Positions 1-10,473 of a stretch of 64,000 bases of DNA are shown here, one piece after another (positions within the stretch are counted from its first letter, which is position 1; each line of letters begins with the position of its first letter). A model generated the notes under the pieces. The model was given only the letters and a program-made list of their open reading frames with translations, ran no database searches and was not told where the DNA came from. The stretch comes from a bacterium (lineage in GTDB: Bacteria > UBA8248): assembly GCA_965200245.1 (NCBI GenBank), contig CBDATS010000005.1, forward strand, positions 128,001 to 192,000. Direction: 5' to 3'. Position numbers and translations under genes: made by a program.

Positions 1-2
1 AA

Positions 3-449
3 TTCGATGGGAAGTCTGTAAGCACTTGGCAAAGCCTTCCCCGTATTGTGGCCCGTACCAAGCCGGGTTCTTTCGTGCAGGTAAAATATTACCGGGAAAA
101 ACGTCTTGAGAGTGCCTATATCCGCATCGGAAGCCGGCCCGAAGTTCCCCATCCACAAAAGCAGGCAAGCCATACGTCCATGGGAATGAAAGTAGTGGTG
201 CTTACCCCACACTTGGCTCAACGTTTCGGGATAACTTATGAGGCGAATAAGGTGGTGGTCTCCTCGATTTTACGAGGCAGTATTGCTGAACTTAGTGGTA
301 TCAGGCTTGGTGACAAAATTGAGGAAATAAACCACAAACCTGTGAAAACAATAGAAGAATTTCAGTCGGCCATCGAAATATCCCGCTCCGAAGGCTCTAT
401 ACTCCTTCTGCTGAAAAGAAAAGGGACCAATCTATTCGCAGCTCTCTAG
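3..449 (+). CDS. HtrA/DegP/DegQ-family serine protease, C-terminal PDZ domains (partial, begins before window)
   Basis: Frame is open from the window edge (FDGKSVSTWQSLPRIVARTKPG...). Second PDZ motif GSIAELSGIRLGDKIEEINHKPV and a typical ...LLLLKRKG..LFAAL end. Confidence 0.8.
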   Translation, partial: FDGKSVSTWQSLPRIVARTKPGSFVQVKYYREKRLESAYIRIGSRPEVPHPQKQASHTSMGMKVVVLTPHLAQRFGITYEANKVVVSSILRGSIAELSGIRLGDKIEEINHKPVKTIEEFQSAIEISRSEGSILLLLKRKGTNLFAAL

Positions 450-552
450 ACCAAATAACGACCTGCAACATCCTGAGGTGATGACCCAGGGATCACCAGC
501 TTTCCAAGCTTGTTTTTTCCAATCTTTCCAGAGGAAAAGAAAACGAGAAGTA

Positions 553-1695
553 TCATGTTTCCAGCCACCGTTCATATTGTTGCAAGGCGTAGCGATCCGT
601 CATTCCGGCCACATAATCACAAACCATACGATGTCGCCCATCTGTCTTCTCAAGTTTGCGAACATGTTCCGGGATTTTATCTGGTTCGGCGACATACAAG
701 TGGAACAATCCGCTCAGTATTTTTCGAGCACTTTTCTCCAGTTTCATCACGCGTTCATTCTTGTACATCCGCGCCATCAAAAATCGTTTAAGTTCGATGT
801 TTTTCTCGTTCATTTCCTCGCCGAAAAGAATGACATCATGTCCCTTTTCTCTCACGTCCGAAATATCCCGGAGTTCCCGGGCCTTGATGCGCTCGCATGA
901 GAATGTGATGATATCCTGAACCTGTGAATTGATAATTCGGCGAATGGTGTCGTGCTTGCTCTCCCGCCAGGAAGAGTCAGGAAAAGATTTTTTTGAACTT
1001 TCGTAGTGCTCACGCCATAGCTGCGTATCCTGCAAATCTTCCAGATCAAACAGCCGGGATGACAAGCCGTCATCCAGGTCATGATTGTTATACGCAATCT
1101 CGTCCGCCACATCGACTACCTGAGCTTCGAGGCTGGGAGAAATTGTATTCGTTTGGCCTGGAGGCATCGGACCTTCGTAACGATCCAGATATTTGATAAT
1201 GCCCTCTCGTGTTTCCCATGTCAGATTCAACCCCGGGAATGACGGATAGCGTTTCTCCAGAACTTCAACGATTCGGAGGGCTTGCAAATTGTGCTCGAAT
1301 CCGCCGTGTTTTCCCATTAGGTCGTCTAAAACTTTCTCTCCCGCGTGACCAAATGGTGGGTGGCCCAGATCATGCGCGAGAGCAACGGCCTCGGCAAGTT
1401 CTTCATTCAAAGCGAGTGCCCGTGCCATGGAGCGAGCGATTTGGCTCACTTCAATGGTGTGAGTCAGGCGTGTTCGGTAATGATCCCCCTCGTGATTCAC
1501 AAAAACCTGGGTTTTGTATTCAAGCCTCCTGAATGCCTGCGTATGGATAATCCGGTCACGGTCACGCTGAAAAGCTGTCCTCATGTCGTGCTCAGGCTCC
1601 GGGTATTTCCGTCCGAGACTGTCGGCGCTATGCGCGGCACAAGGTGCTAATGATTGTCTTTCCCGTTCTTCGATAGAAACTCGAGTGTTGTTCAT
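553..1695 (-). CDS. dgt: Deoxyguanosinetriphosphate triphosphohydrolase (HD-domain dGTPase)
   Basis: Motifs RTAFQRDRDRIIH, FRRLEYKTQVF, RTRLTHTIEV, HDLGHPPFGHAGE and DYVAGMTD. Start taken at ATG 1695, because the longer ORF overlaps alkA. Confidence 0.93.
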   Translation of the reverse strand: MNNTRVSIEERERQSLAPCAAHSADSLGRKYPEPEHDMRTAFQRDRDRIIHTQAFRRLEYKTQVFVNHEGDHYRTRLTHTIEVSQIARSMARALALNEELAEAVALAHDLGHPPFGHAGEKVLDDLMGKHGGFEHNLQALRIVEVLEKRYPSFPGLNLTWETREGIIKYLDRYEGPMPPGQTNTISPSLEAQVVDVADEIAYNNHDLDDGLSSRLFDLEDLQDTQLWREHYESSKKSFPDSSWRESKHDTIRRIINSQVQDIITFSCERIKARELRDISDVREKGHDVILFGEEMNEKNIELKRFLMARMYKNERVMKLEKSARKILSGLFHLYVAEPDKIPEHVRKLEKTDGRHRMVCDYVAGMTDRYALQQYERWLET

Positions 1696-1711
1696 ATGAC
1701 GTACCGAGTTC

Positions 1712-2653
1712 TCAAGCATCAGTGTGGTCCACCGACGGGGCGAGCCCCGCACGCCATGCGGAGAACAAATATGTTGTCGCCAGAGAAGCCCATGGATACC
1801 ACCCTTCGGCTTTAGTCCGTGCCGTTTCCTCATCAACCCGTTCTTTTCCAAAGCAATAGCGCGCCACGACCTTTTGTACTCCCAAATCACCCCCGGGAAA
1901 TACCTCGACGCGACCGAGTGCCCTGAACAACATTTGCTCGGCTGTCCAACGCCCCACACCCCGTATCCTGGTCAGGCGAGCCACCGCATCGTCTATGGAC
2001 ACTGCGCGTAGCTCTTTCTCATCCAATTGACCCTCCAGGGCTGCGCGCGCTACACCAATCACGTATTCGGCTTTTCGTTCGGAAAATTGCATCGTGCGAA
2101 AGGTCGATACCCGGGCCCTCACCAAACGTTCCGGGCGCGGAAATGCATAATAGGTCTTCCCGTCAATGCGTAATTTTCTCCCCCATCGCTTCACCATCCG
2201 CCCCCGAATGGTTCCCGCGAACGTTAAATTCACCTGTTGCGCTGTTATCGCTGTAACAAGAGCCTCAAAAATGCTCAAGTATCGAATCGGTTTTAATCCC
2301 CTGAATTTTTTCGCAATAGGAGCCAAGTTCACATCGTCTTTCGTCATCCGGTAAAACGGCCTCAAATCAAGATCAAAAGCCAAAATATGCTTGAGCGCGT
2401 TCAATCCAGCATTTTGAGCCGATTTCGTCATGCGTCCCTCTTTGGTCATTTTTAGTCGAATCGTCTTCTGATTCCCGTTTTCAATATCAGCTTCCAGCAA
2501 AACCAAATCGCCATCCGGGTCTTCCACAACTCTTCGGTACACCCCATCAGTGTAGGAGTTGACAAACTCTACTTTGGATACGTGAAACCGCAACAAGCTC
2601 TCATGAAACAAAAAAGGCTCAGAGAAATGCAAGATTTTGGTGACAGAACCCAC
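1712..2653 (-). CDS. alkA: DNA-3-methyladenine glycosylase II (AlkA family, HhH-GPD)
   Basis: FEALVTAITAQQV, HhH motif LTRIRGVGRWTAE, FPGGDLGV with the catalytic Asp, and an AlkA N-terminal domain. Confidence 0.88.
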   Translation of the reverse strand: MGSVTKILHFSEPFLFHESLLRFHVSKVEFVNSYTDGVYRRVVEDPDGDLVLLEADIENGNQKTIRLKMTKEGRMTKSAQNAGLNALKHILAFDLDLRPFYRMTKDDVNLAPIAKKFRGLKPIRYLSIFEALVTAITAQQVNLTFAGTIRGRMVKRWGRKLRIDGKTYYAFPRPERLVRARVSTFRTMQFSERKAEYVIGVARAALEGQLDEKELRAVSIDDAVARLTRIRGVGRWTAEQMLFRALGRVEVFPGGDLGVQKVVARYCFGKERVDEETARTKAEGWYPWASLATTYLFSAWRAGLAPSVDHTDA

Positions 2654-3427
2654 CTATTCCACAATCCTTCTGCTCACCAAGAAGCAGGCAACCACCAAGA
2701 AGAAAAACGTAAAACCAAGCAAAAACGAAAAGTGCCAGAGAAAATTTTCAACGCGTCCATAAATAAACAAACCGCGCGAAATTCTCACTGCATGTGTAAG
2801 CGGAAGAGCCTCGGACAATCGTTCTACCCACAGCGGAAGACCTTTGATGGGAAACAAGGTGCCGGCGAAGAAAAACATCGGCATGACGATAGCAGAGAAA
2901 TAAAAGTTGAAAAACGAAAAGCTATGAGCCAATGACGTCGCAATCAATCCCAATGCCGCGAACATCACCGCTTCGATAAACAGAACCGGAAGAATCGCGA
3001 CTGCCCACCATGAACCTACCAGGCCGAACAGACTCAAAACAATCAACATCAGTGTCGAGCCAATCAATGCCCGGCTGGCACACCAGAGCAGGTCTCCCAG
3101 CACGATATCGCCCACCGTTAGTGGAGCCATCAACATGGACTCATAGATATTCTGAATTCTCATCCTCGAATAAGCCCCATATGTGGACTCATACGTGGCA
3201 TTCCACATTGCGACGGAAACCATCAACCCAGGACCGATGAATTGCGCATATGAGATGCCGTCCAGATTCGGTACCAGTCTGCCGAGCCCATAACCAAACG
3301 CGACAAGCCACAATATGTGCTCGCCCAGATTTCCTGCCCATTCAGCCAGGTAGAATGAGCGGTAGTACACCAGGTGACGAACCCAAACGCGAAAGGCGCG
3401 ATGGCTCGGAGCCTGAGGGAAACGCAT
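2654..3427 (-). CDS. ABC-2 type exporter permease (NodJ-like)
   Basis: Six hydrophobic segments, YAQFIGPGL, FFFAGTLFP...LPLTHAV. TGATG overlap with the upstream ATPase. Confidence 0.88.
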   Translation of the reverse strand: MRFPQAPSHRAFRVWVRHLVYYRSFYLAEWAGNLGEHILWLVAFGYGLGRLVPNLDGISYAQFIGPGLMVSVAMWNATYESTYGAYSRMRIQNIYESMLMAPLTVGDIVLGDLLWCASRALIGSTLMLIVLSLFGLVGSWWAVAILPVLFIEAVMFAALGLIATSLAHSFSFFNFYFSAIVMPMFFFAGTLFPIKGLPLWVERLSEALPLTHAVRISRGLFIYGRVENFLWHFSFLLGFTFFFLVVACFLVSRRIVE

Positions 3428-4356
3428 CAATCGCGAAGCTCCCTGCCCGTCAGTTTCAGAAATAAATCCTCCAGGGTAGCGGGCCTTCTCAAAAAATCCT
3501 TCCGCCCGAATGAAACCAAATGCTCCATTACCCCTATCCCGTTGTGGCTATACAGATACAATATATCCGCAACGACTTCCGTCTTTACGGGAAGATCCCT
3601 TAACGATTCCAATAATTCTACCGAGATACCACCTTTCAATTCGTATACTTCATCCCCCACTTTTTCCTGAACCAGGGTTTGCGGTGGTCCTTCAAGAAGA
3701 AATTTTCCCTCATCCATAATGCCGATACGGTCACACATTTGCGCTGCTTCCTCCATGTAATGCGTAGTGAGGAGGATTGCCAGGCCCTGCGCCTTGAGTT
3801 CCCGGAGCCTTTGCCAGACCAGGTGTCTCGCCTGCGGATCGAGGCCTGTGGTGGGTTCATCCAGAATCACGAGTTTCGGCTCATGAATCAGTGCACGCGC
3901 GATATGGAGGCGCCTCTTCATGCCACCGGACAGAGTCTTGATTTGCGAATCCCATTTTTCTCGAAGTTGCATGAAATCCAGCAGATATTCGATGCGGGAC
4001 AATGACGCCTTTTTGGAAATGCTGAAAAATCCGGCATAGATCCAAAGGTTTTCATATACGGTCAGGTCTCGATCCAGGGTATCTTCCTGCGACACGATGC
4101 CCATTTGTGCTCGGATGAGCCGACTCTGGGTTACTACGTCTCTATCCAGCACCTTCAGCACGCCAGTATCAGGGTGGATGGCTCCATGCAGCATTTTGAT
4201 TGTCGTTGTTTTGCCTGCTCCGTTCGGGCCCAAGATCCCGAAACATTCCCCGGACGCCACCTGAAGCGAAACGCCATCGACGGCTTTAAGAGAGCCGAAA
4301 GACTTTTCGATGCCTTGAGCGTCAATCACGAGTCCAGGCAACGAAAACTCCTCCAA
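3427..4356 (-). CDS. ABC exporter ATP-binding protein (NodI-like)
   Basis: Walker A GPNGAGKTT, signature LSGGMKRRL, Walker B ILDEPTTGLDPQARH, and TTHYMEEA. Confidence 0.92.
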   Translation of the reverse strand: MEEFSLPGLVIDAQGIEKSFGSLKAVDGVSLQVASGECFGILGPNGAGKTTTIKMLHGAIHPDTGVLKVLDRDVVTQSRLIRAQMGIVSQEDTLDRDLTVYENLWIYAGFFSISKKASLSRIEYLLDFMQLREKWDSQIKTLSGGMKRRLHIARALIHEPKLVILDEPTTGLDPQARHLVWQRLRELKAQGLAILLTTHYMEEAAQMCDRIGIMDEGKFLLEGPPQTLVQEKVGDEVYELKGGISVELLESLRDLPVKTEVVADILYLYSHNGIGVMEHLVSFGRKDFLRRPATLEDLFLKLTGRELRD

Positions 4357-4367
4357 TACGAGAGGCG

Positions 4368-5618
4368 CTATAGACCACGGAGACGCTCAGCCTCTGCTAT
4401 TCTTTCAATTGCGACTATAAAAGCCGCCGTACGCAATGGCACCTGTTTTTCTTTCGCCAATTCATAAACCTCCGAGGTGGCGCGAGTCATGATTTTACCC
4501 AACTCGCGGTTCACCCGTTCTTCCTCCCATCCGAATTGCTGGATGTTCTGAACCCACTCAAAATACGAGACTGTCACGCCTCCGGAACTCGCCAATACGT
4601 CCGGGATCAACATGACGTTACCGGTTTCATTCAAAATTTCTGCTCCCCTTTCGGTAACCGGAGCATTGGCCGCTTCCAGAATTACTCGAGCTTTTACATC
4701 CCCTGCATTTCCGGCATGAATCGCGCCGCCGAGAGCCGCAGGAATCAAGATGTCCACATCCAGCGTCAACAATTTTCCGTTGGCAATCTCCTCGACCCCG
4801 TCAAGACCCTCGAGCGTTCCCGTCGCTTTTCGATGCGCCGTAGCCGCTTCGACGTCGATACCGTCACCGTTGAAGTAGGAACTCCTGCTGTTCGAGATCG
4901 CCACTACTTTCACTCCCAGTTCCTTCATAAATCTCGCAGCGTATGACCCGACATTTCCAAAACCTTGTATCGCAACCGTCATGGTTTCGGGGTTCCAGCC
5001 CTCTCTTCTGGCGAGTTCTTCATAGACCATAACTGCCCCCCGCCCGGTGGCAGCCTCACGCCCCGGAGAGCCACCCATGGCCAAAGGTTTTCCGGTAACA
5101 CAAGCTGGCGCATACCCATGCCGGCTGCTGTATTCATCGAAAATCCACGCCATCACCTGCGCATTCGTATTCACGTCGGGGGCGGGAACATCACGGTACG
5201 GTCCCAGAATGTGGTCGATGCGCGCAATGAATTTTCTGGTCAGGCGCTCCAGTTCATATATGCTGAGTTTTCTCACGTCGACGGTGATGCCGCCTTTTCC
5301 GCCGCCGAAGGGTATGTTGACCAAAGCCGTCTTCCAAGCCATCAGCGCCGAAAGGCCGCGTACTTCGTCCATGTCTACTTCGTGGTGGTAGCGGATCCCG
5401 CCCTTGAAGGGACCGCGCGCACCACTGAATTGAACACGGTAGCCCTGCCAAACGCCCAATGAGCCGTCGTCCTTGCGTATGGGGATCTCGACTTTCATTT
5501 CACGGAAAGGCGTCTTGAGCAGAAACCGCATTTCATCATCCAGTTCGATGATGTCCGCCGCTTTGTCGAATTGCGCGAGTGCGGTTTCGAATACGTTGAC
5601 CCGCTCTGGGGTAGACAT
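4368..5618 (-). CDS. gdhA: Glu/Leu/Phe/Val dehydrogenase (glutamate dehydrogenase)
   Basis: RGPFKGGIRYH, PFGGGKGG, DVPAPDVNT, Rossmann IQGFGNVG and GGVTVSYFEWVQN. GAGGGGG RBS before ATG 5618. Confidence 0.92.
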   Translation of the reverse strand: MSTPERVNVFETALAQFDKAADIIELDDEMRFLLKTPFREMKVEIPIRKDDGSLGVWQGYRVQFSGARGPFKGGIRYHHEVDMDEVRGLSALMAWKTALVNIPFGGGKGGITVDVRKLSIYELERLTRKFIARIDHILGPYRDVPAPDVNTNAQVMAWIFDEYSSRHGYAPACVTGKPLAMGGSPGREAATGRGAVMVYEELARREGWNPETMTVAIQGFGNVGSYAARFMKELGVKVVAISNSRSSYFNGDGIDVEAATAHRKATGTLEGLDGVEEIANGKLLTLDVDILIPAALGGAIHAGNAGDVKARVILEAANAPVTERGAEILNETGNVMLIPDVLASSGGVTVSYFEWVQNIQQFGWEEERVNRELGKIMTRATSEVYELAKEKQVPLRTAAFIVAIERIAEAERLRGL

Positions 5619-5702
5619 GATGATATTCCCCCTCAAGATTCCCCTAAAGGACAGCGCTCAGGCGGCTTGACGAGAGAATTAAAAACTCGAAACGTCAGGG
5701 GT

Positions 5703-5933
5703 TCAGTGGCACGAACACATGCCTCCGCAACCGCCCCCGCCGGCCGAGTATCCACTAAAGGTCGAAGCCGACGCCGCCGCGCCGGAAGTGGATTTGGCAA
5801 ACAAGGAAAGTTTTTTGTGAACCTTCTTGGACCCACACTCAGGGCATTCCACCTGCATGGTAGCTTGCGCAGATGAAACAATGGTCTCGAAATCCTTTTC
5901 ACAGCTTCCACAAAGAAATTCATACATCGGCAT
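5703..5933 (-). CDS. FmdB-family zinc-ribbon protein
   Basis: MPMYEFLCGSC...CPECGS motif and a Gly/Cys-rich tail. Confidence 0.88.
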   Translation of the reverse strand: MPMYEFLCGSCEKDFETIVSSAQATMQVECPECGSKKVHKKLSLFAKSTSGAAASASTFSGYSAGGGGCGGMCSCH

Positions 5934-5956
5934 GACAGTTCTGGCCTCCCGGATAG

Positions 5957-6607
5957 TCAGCGCATTTCATTGGCGCGGCGCCAATCCGCCAAAAATCTCT
6001 CTAATCCGATATCCGTCAACGGGTGTTTGAGCAACTGCGCGATCACTCCGAATGGGACCGTCGCGACATCCGCCCCCATTTTCGCGGCTTCGAGCAGGTG
6101 AATCGGTGTACGTACACTGGCAACAAGCACCTCGGTGGCAAAGTCGTAATTCTCGAAAATCTGCACGATGTCACTCACCATCTGCATGCCGGGGTTCGAG
6201 ATGTCGTCCAACCGGCCCACGAAAGGGCTCACAAAAGAAGCCCCCGCCTTGGCAGCCAGCATGGCCTGTGCAGGACTGAAAATGAGGGTGACATTTGTGT
6301 TGATGTTCTCCTCGCGCATGGCCTTAACGGCACGAAGCCCATCGACACCCACCGGAACCTTCACTACGACGTTCTGGTGAATCGCAGCCAACTCACGGCC
6401 TTCTTCGACCATTTCTTTCCACTCCGTGGCGATGACCTCAGCACTCACGGGCCCGTCGACCACCTCGCATACCTCCTTGATTCTCGTGTGGTGGTCTGCA
6501 CCTTCTTTTGCGATGAGCGAGGGATTCGTCGTCACGCCGTCCAGAATGCCCGTGGACGCCGCTTCGGTGATTTCTTCGATGTTCGCCGTATCGATGAATA
6601 TTTTCAT
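5957..6607 (-). CDS. tal: Transaldolase / fructose-6-phosphate aldolase (short type)
   Basis: [14 protein letters not shown], Schiff-base VVVKVP, NVTLIFS and [11 protein letters not shown]. Confidence 0.92.
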   Translation of the reverse strand: MKIFIDTANIEEITEAASTGILDGVTTNPSLIAKEGADHHTRIKEVCEVVDGPVSAEVIATEWKEMVEEGRELAAIHQNVVVKVPVGVDGLRAVKAMREENINTNVTLIFSPAQAMLAAKAGASFVSPFVGRLDDISNPGMQMVSDIVQIFENYDFATEVLVASVRTPIHLLEAAKMGADVATVPFGVIAQLLKHPLTDIGLERFLADWRRANEMR

Positions 6608-6665
6608 ACTCTCTCCCGCCGGACGTATCAATTCCATCCCACAGGGCTGCGCCCCGCTACCTCGA

Positions 6666-6693
6666 AGATTACGCCACTGTGCCCAAATGTCAA
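6666..6693 (-). promoter_or_regulatory. Putative sigma70 promoter for tal
   Basis: Minus strand TTGACA-16 nt-TAATCT about 60 nt upstream of the start codon. Confidence 0.5.
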
Positions 6694-6784
6694 CATGGCG
6701 GGTGGTGAGTTCATGCAGGGAAAGCAGAACATCCAGCGTGTTGGTTCTTGAAGTGGTTTATCACCTGGATTGAGCGAATGTGCG

Positions 6785-7057
6785 TTAATTTTCCGCTCCG
6801 GGCGGGCCGCCTCTTTCTGCAAACTGTTTTGCGCAGTCAGCACTGCAGAATGAATGCCTGCCGCCGCCTGCGCGCTTCGTAATCGCAATGTGCGAGGGAA
6901 AAAACGTCGCACACTCTGGGCAGTTCAGCATTTCATCATCCAGGCCGCCCTCGGCTTCTCGGTTTTTCTGCGCCGAGTTCCCTGAACCGGTAAACAGACT
7001 GCGCACAAGATAAATTATCAGCCACGATAAAACCAGATAAAAAATGAATCGTAACAT
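6785..7057 (-). CDS. Small membrane-anchored protein with TRASH/zinc-binding motif (PP0621-like)
   Basis: N-terminal hydrophobic helix, then CPEC...FCSADC. Confidence 0.7.
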   Translation of the reverse strand: MLRFIFYLVLSWLIIYLVRSLFTGSGNSAQKNREAEGGLDDEMLNCPECATFFPSHIAITKRAGGGRHSFCSADCAKQFAERGGPPGAEN

Positions 7058-7133
7058 TGGAGCAGGCCTCACGAGATGCGGCGAGGATCTCGGAAAACGC
7101 CACTTTACACCCTGGATAGCCGGATGGGAATCG

Positions 7134-10100
7134 CTAGGCGAGCGCGTTCGCGTGGTAATCCTGTAAGGCGCGCACCGAATACTCGTTTTCGCGCAGAATA
7201 CGTATCGCGCGTATGGCCGCCTGTCCTGCGGCGAGTGTGGTGCAGTAGAAGATATTGCGCAAAAGCGCCGTTCTGCGGATGGAATAGCTGTCCCGTATCG
7301 ACTGCTTGCCCGAGGTAGTATTGAGTACGAACTGCACCTTCCCTGCTTCCATCTGCTCCACGATATGGCCCGGCTCGCCGTCTATCACCTTGTGCACGAA
7401 ATCCGCTTCAACCCCGTTCGCCATGAGCGCTGTTCTCGTGCCCGCCGTGGCCACGAGGGAAAAGCCCAGTTCGACGAGCTGCTGCGCCAAGGGGATGATG
7501 GCCGCCTTATCCTCGGCGCGCACGGAGATGAACGCACGCCCCGAAAGCGGAAGAATGGAGCCCGCCCCCTCCTGCGCCTTGAGATAGGCCGTCGGGAAAT
7601 CCGCTCCCATCCCCATCACCTCGCCGGTGGATTTCATCTCGGGTCCCAGGATCACGTCGACTCCGGGAAATTTCTTGAAAGGAAACACCGCTTCTTTCAC
7701 GCCGAAATGGCGCGGCTCTGCGTCGTGATCGCAACCCAGTGATCGCAGCGTCTCGCCCGCCATTACACGGGCGGCAATCTTGGCGAAGGGCGCGCCGACC
7801 ACCTTGCTCACGTAGGGCACGGTACGGCTCGCGCGCGGGTTTACCTCCAGGATAAATACCTGGCGCTTGTGGACCGCGAACTGGACATTGTTGAGGCCCA
7901 GGACGTTCAGGGATTTCGCCAGAATCCTCGTCTGGCGCTTGATCTCCTCCACGATATCGGGACCAAGCGTGTAGGGAGGAATGGAACACGCCGAATCGCC
8001 GCTGTGGATCCCCGCTTCCTCAATGTGTTCCATCACGCCCGCGACGACGACATTCTCCCCGTCCGAGACCGCATCCACGTCCACTTCCACGGCGTCTTCC
8101 AGGAACCTGTCAATGAGCACGGGCCGTTCGGCAGAGGCGCGGACGGCATCACTCATATAGGCGGAGAGTTCCTCCGCGTCATGCACAAGCGCCATGGCGC
8201 GGCCTCCGAGCACATAGCTGGGCCGCATGAGCACAGGATAGCCAATGGCGTTCGCAATCGCGAGCGCGTCTTCGGTGCTCGTGGCCGTGCCCGAGGGCGG
8301 CTGGGTGAGATGGAGCTTTTTGAGTAGATCGCTGAAGCGCTCCCTGTCTTCGGTCAAGTCAATGCTCTCGGGCGAAGTGCCCAGAATCGGCACGCCCGCT
8401 TCCTTGAGGGCCAGAGCGAGCTTGAGCGGTGTTTGGCCGCCGAACTGCACGATCACGCCGCGTGGCTTTTCGCGGTGGACGATCTCGAGCACATCCTCGA
8501 GGGTCAAGGGCTCGAAATAGAGCCTGTCGCTCGTATCGTAATCCGTGCTCACCGTCTCGGGGTTGCAGTTCACCATGATGGCCTCAAAGCCCGCCTCCGC
8601 AAGCGCCATTACGGCGTGTACACAGCAGTAGTCGAACTCGATGCCCTGCCCGATACGGTTAGGACCGCCACCCAGGATGATTATCTTCTCACGCTCGGTC
8701 GGCGGCGCCTCGTCTTCCTCCTCATAGGTGGAATAGAGATAGGGCGTATGGGCCTCGAACTCCGCAGCGCAGGTATCCACCTGCTTGTAGACGGGACGAA
8801 TGCCCATGCGATGCCTCACCGTGCGAACCACCGCCTCTTTCACGCCCTGCCGTCGGGCGATCTCCAAATCACTGAAGCCGTTTTGCTTCAAGAATCTGAG
8901 TGAGACCTCATCCTCCAGAAGACCAGGCGCAGCGATATATTCTTCCATATCGACGAGTTGCGTCAGATGTGCAAGGAACCAGGGGTCGACGCCGGAGGCG
9001 CGGTAAATCTCATCTTCGCTCATTCCCTCTCTGAACGCGCGAGCGATGGTCCAGAGACGATCAGGGCCGGGGATTCTCAACCCTTCCAAAATCAGCTCCT
9101 TGCGCTCATTTCTGGATAATTCCTCCAACTCTCCAGGCTTGGGATCCGCCAAGCCGTAGCGGTCGATCTCAAGCGAGCGCACAGCCTTCATGAGCGATTC
9201 GCGGAACGTCCTGCCGATTGACATCACCTCCCCTATCGAACGCATCTGCGTATCGAGGACTGGGGGCGTCTCGGGGAATTTCTCGAATGTAAAGCGCGGC
9301 ATCTTCGTGACGCAATAGTCGATGGATGGCTCGAACGAGGCGGGCGTCTGACGCGTGATGTCGTTCGGTATCTCATCAAGCGTGAGGCCGACAGCAAGTT
9401 TCGCGGCAATCTTGGCGATGGGAAAACCCGTAGCTTTGCTCGCGAGTGCAGAACTTCTCGACACGCGCGGGTTCATCTCGATAACGACCATGCGCCCGTC
9501 TGTGGGACTCAAGCCGAACTGGATGTTTGAGCCGCCGCACTCGACCCCAACTTTCCGTATGCAGGCGATGGCCGCGTCCCGCATTTTCTGGTACTCGCGG
9601 TCCGAGAGCGTCTGCGCAGGAGCAACGGTAATGGAGTCGCCCGTGTGGACGCCCATGGGGTCGAAATTCTCGATGGAACAGATGATGGAGACGTTGTCCT
9701 TCAGGTCGCGCATCACCTCGAGTTCGAATTCCTTCCAGCCCAGGATGCTTTCCTCGAGCAGCACCTGAGCCACCGGGCTTTCAGAGATCGCCCAGGCAAG
9801 TTTTTCCTCAAACTCATCCTCAGTGAATGCCACCGCCCCACCCGAACCGCCTAGCGTGAAGGCAGGGCGCAGGATGATCGGGAAGCCAATCCCGCGTGCC
9901 GCCTTCCAGCCCTCGCTCATCGTGTTGACGACCTCGCTGTGGGGGAGATCAAGACCTATTTCGCGCATCGCCTTCTTGAATAGATCCCTGTCTTCCGCGC
10001 AGCGGATGGCAGGCAGCTTCGCCCCAATCAGTTCAACGCCCAGTGTGTCGAGGGTGCCATTCTCCGCCAGGGCCACCGCCGTGTTCAGTCCCGTCTGGCC

Positions 10101-10373
10101 GCCCATGGTGGGCAGCAACGCGTCGGGACGTTCTTTCTTGATGATCTCCTCCACCACTCTCGGCGTAATGGGCTCGACGTAGGTGGCGTCGGCCATCTCG
10201 GGGTCGGTCATGATGGTGGCGGGGTTCGAGTTTACCAACACCACCTCGTAGCCCTCCTCTCGAAGGGCCTTGCACGCCTGAGCGCCCGAATAGTCGAACT
10301 CGCAGGCCTGGCCGATGATGATGGGCCCAGAACCAATGATCAGTATTTTCGCTATGTCCGTTCTTTTCGGCAT
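7134..10373 (-). CDS. carB: Carbamoyl-phosphate synthase large subunit
   Basis: [28 protein letters not shown], duplicated ATP-grasp domains and a C-terminal MGS domain; 1079 aa. Confidence 0.99.
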   Translation of the reverse strand: MPKRTDIAKILIIGSGPIIIGQACEFDYSGAQACKALREEGYEVVLVNSNPATIMTDPEMADATYVEPITPRVVEEIIKKERPDALLPTMGGQTGLNTAVALAENGTLDTLGVELIGAKLPAIRCAEDRDLFKKAMREIGLDLPHSEVVNTMSEGWKAARGIGFPIILRPAFTLGGSGGAVAFTEDEFEEKLAWAISESPVAQVLLEESILGWKEFELEVMRDLKDNVSIICSIENFDPMGVHTGDSITVAPAQTLSDREYQKMRDAAIACIRKVGVECGGSNIQFGLSPTDGRMVVIEMNPRVSRSSALASKATGFPIAKIAAKLAVGLTLDEIPNDITRQTPASFEPSIDYCVTKMPRFTFEKFPETPPVLDTQMRSIGEVMSIGRTFRESLMKAVRSLEIDRYGLADPKPGELEELSRNERKELILEGLRIPGPDRLWTIARAFREGMSEDEIYRASGVDPWFLAHLTQLVDMEEYIAAPGLLEDEVSLRFLKQNGFSDLEIARRQGVKEAVVRTVRHRMGIRPVYKQVDTCAAEFEAHTPYLYSTYEEEDEAPPTEREKIIILGGGPNRIGQGIEFDYCCVHAVMALAEAGFEAIMVNCNPETVSTDYDTSDRLYFEPLTLEDVLEIVHREKPRGVIVQFGGQTPLKLALALKEAGVPILGTSPESIDLTEDRERFSDLLKKLHLTQPPSGTATSTEDALAIANAIGYPVLMRPSYVLGGRAMALVHDAEELSAYMSDAVRASAERPVLIDRFLEDAVEVDVDAVSDGENVVVAGVMEHIEEAGIHSGDSACSIPPYTLGPDIVEEIKRQTRILAKSLNVLGLNNVQFAVHKRQVFILEVNPRASRTVPYVSKVVGAPFAKIAARVMAGETLRSLGCDHDAEPRHFGVKEAVFPFKKFPGVDVILGPEMKSTGEVMGMGADFPTAYLKAQEGAGSILPLSGRAFISVRAEDKAAIIPLAQQLVELGFSLVATAGTRTALMANGVEADFVHKVIDGEPGHIVEQMEAGKVQFVLNTTSGKQSIRDSYSIRRTALLRNIFYCTTLAAGQAAIRAIRILRENEYSVRALQDYHANALA

Positions 10374-10473
10374 GAATCAGGCCACTCACTCAATAAGGAT
10401 AAATATGGGACGTTTTATATTCTTGTTGATCCGGTAATGTATTGCCCCTCTCAGCAATCCGTCGCGCGCACGT

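Noticed and set aside
1696-1959. N-terminal extension of the dGTPase ORF
   Set aside because: It overlaps alkA in another frame, and family similarity starts near ATG 1695.
2654-4356. Nodulation function for the NodIJ-like exporter
   Set aside because: No nodABC or other nod genes are present, and this ABC-2 subfamily is widespread in non-rhizobia.
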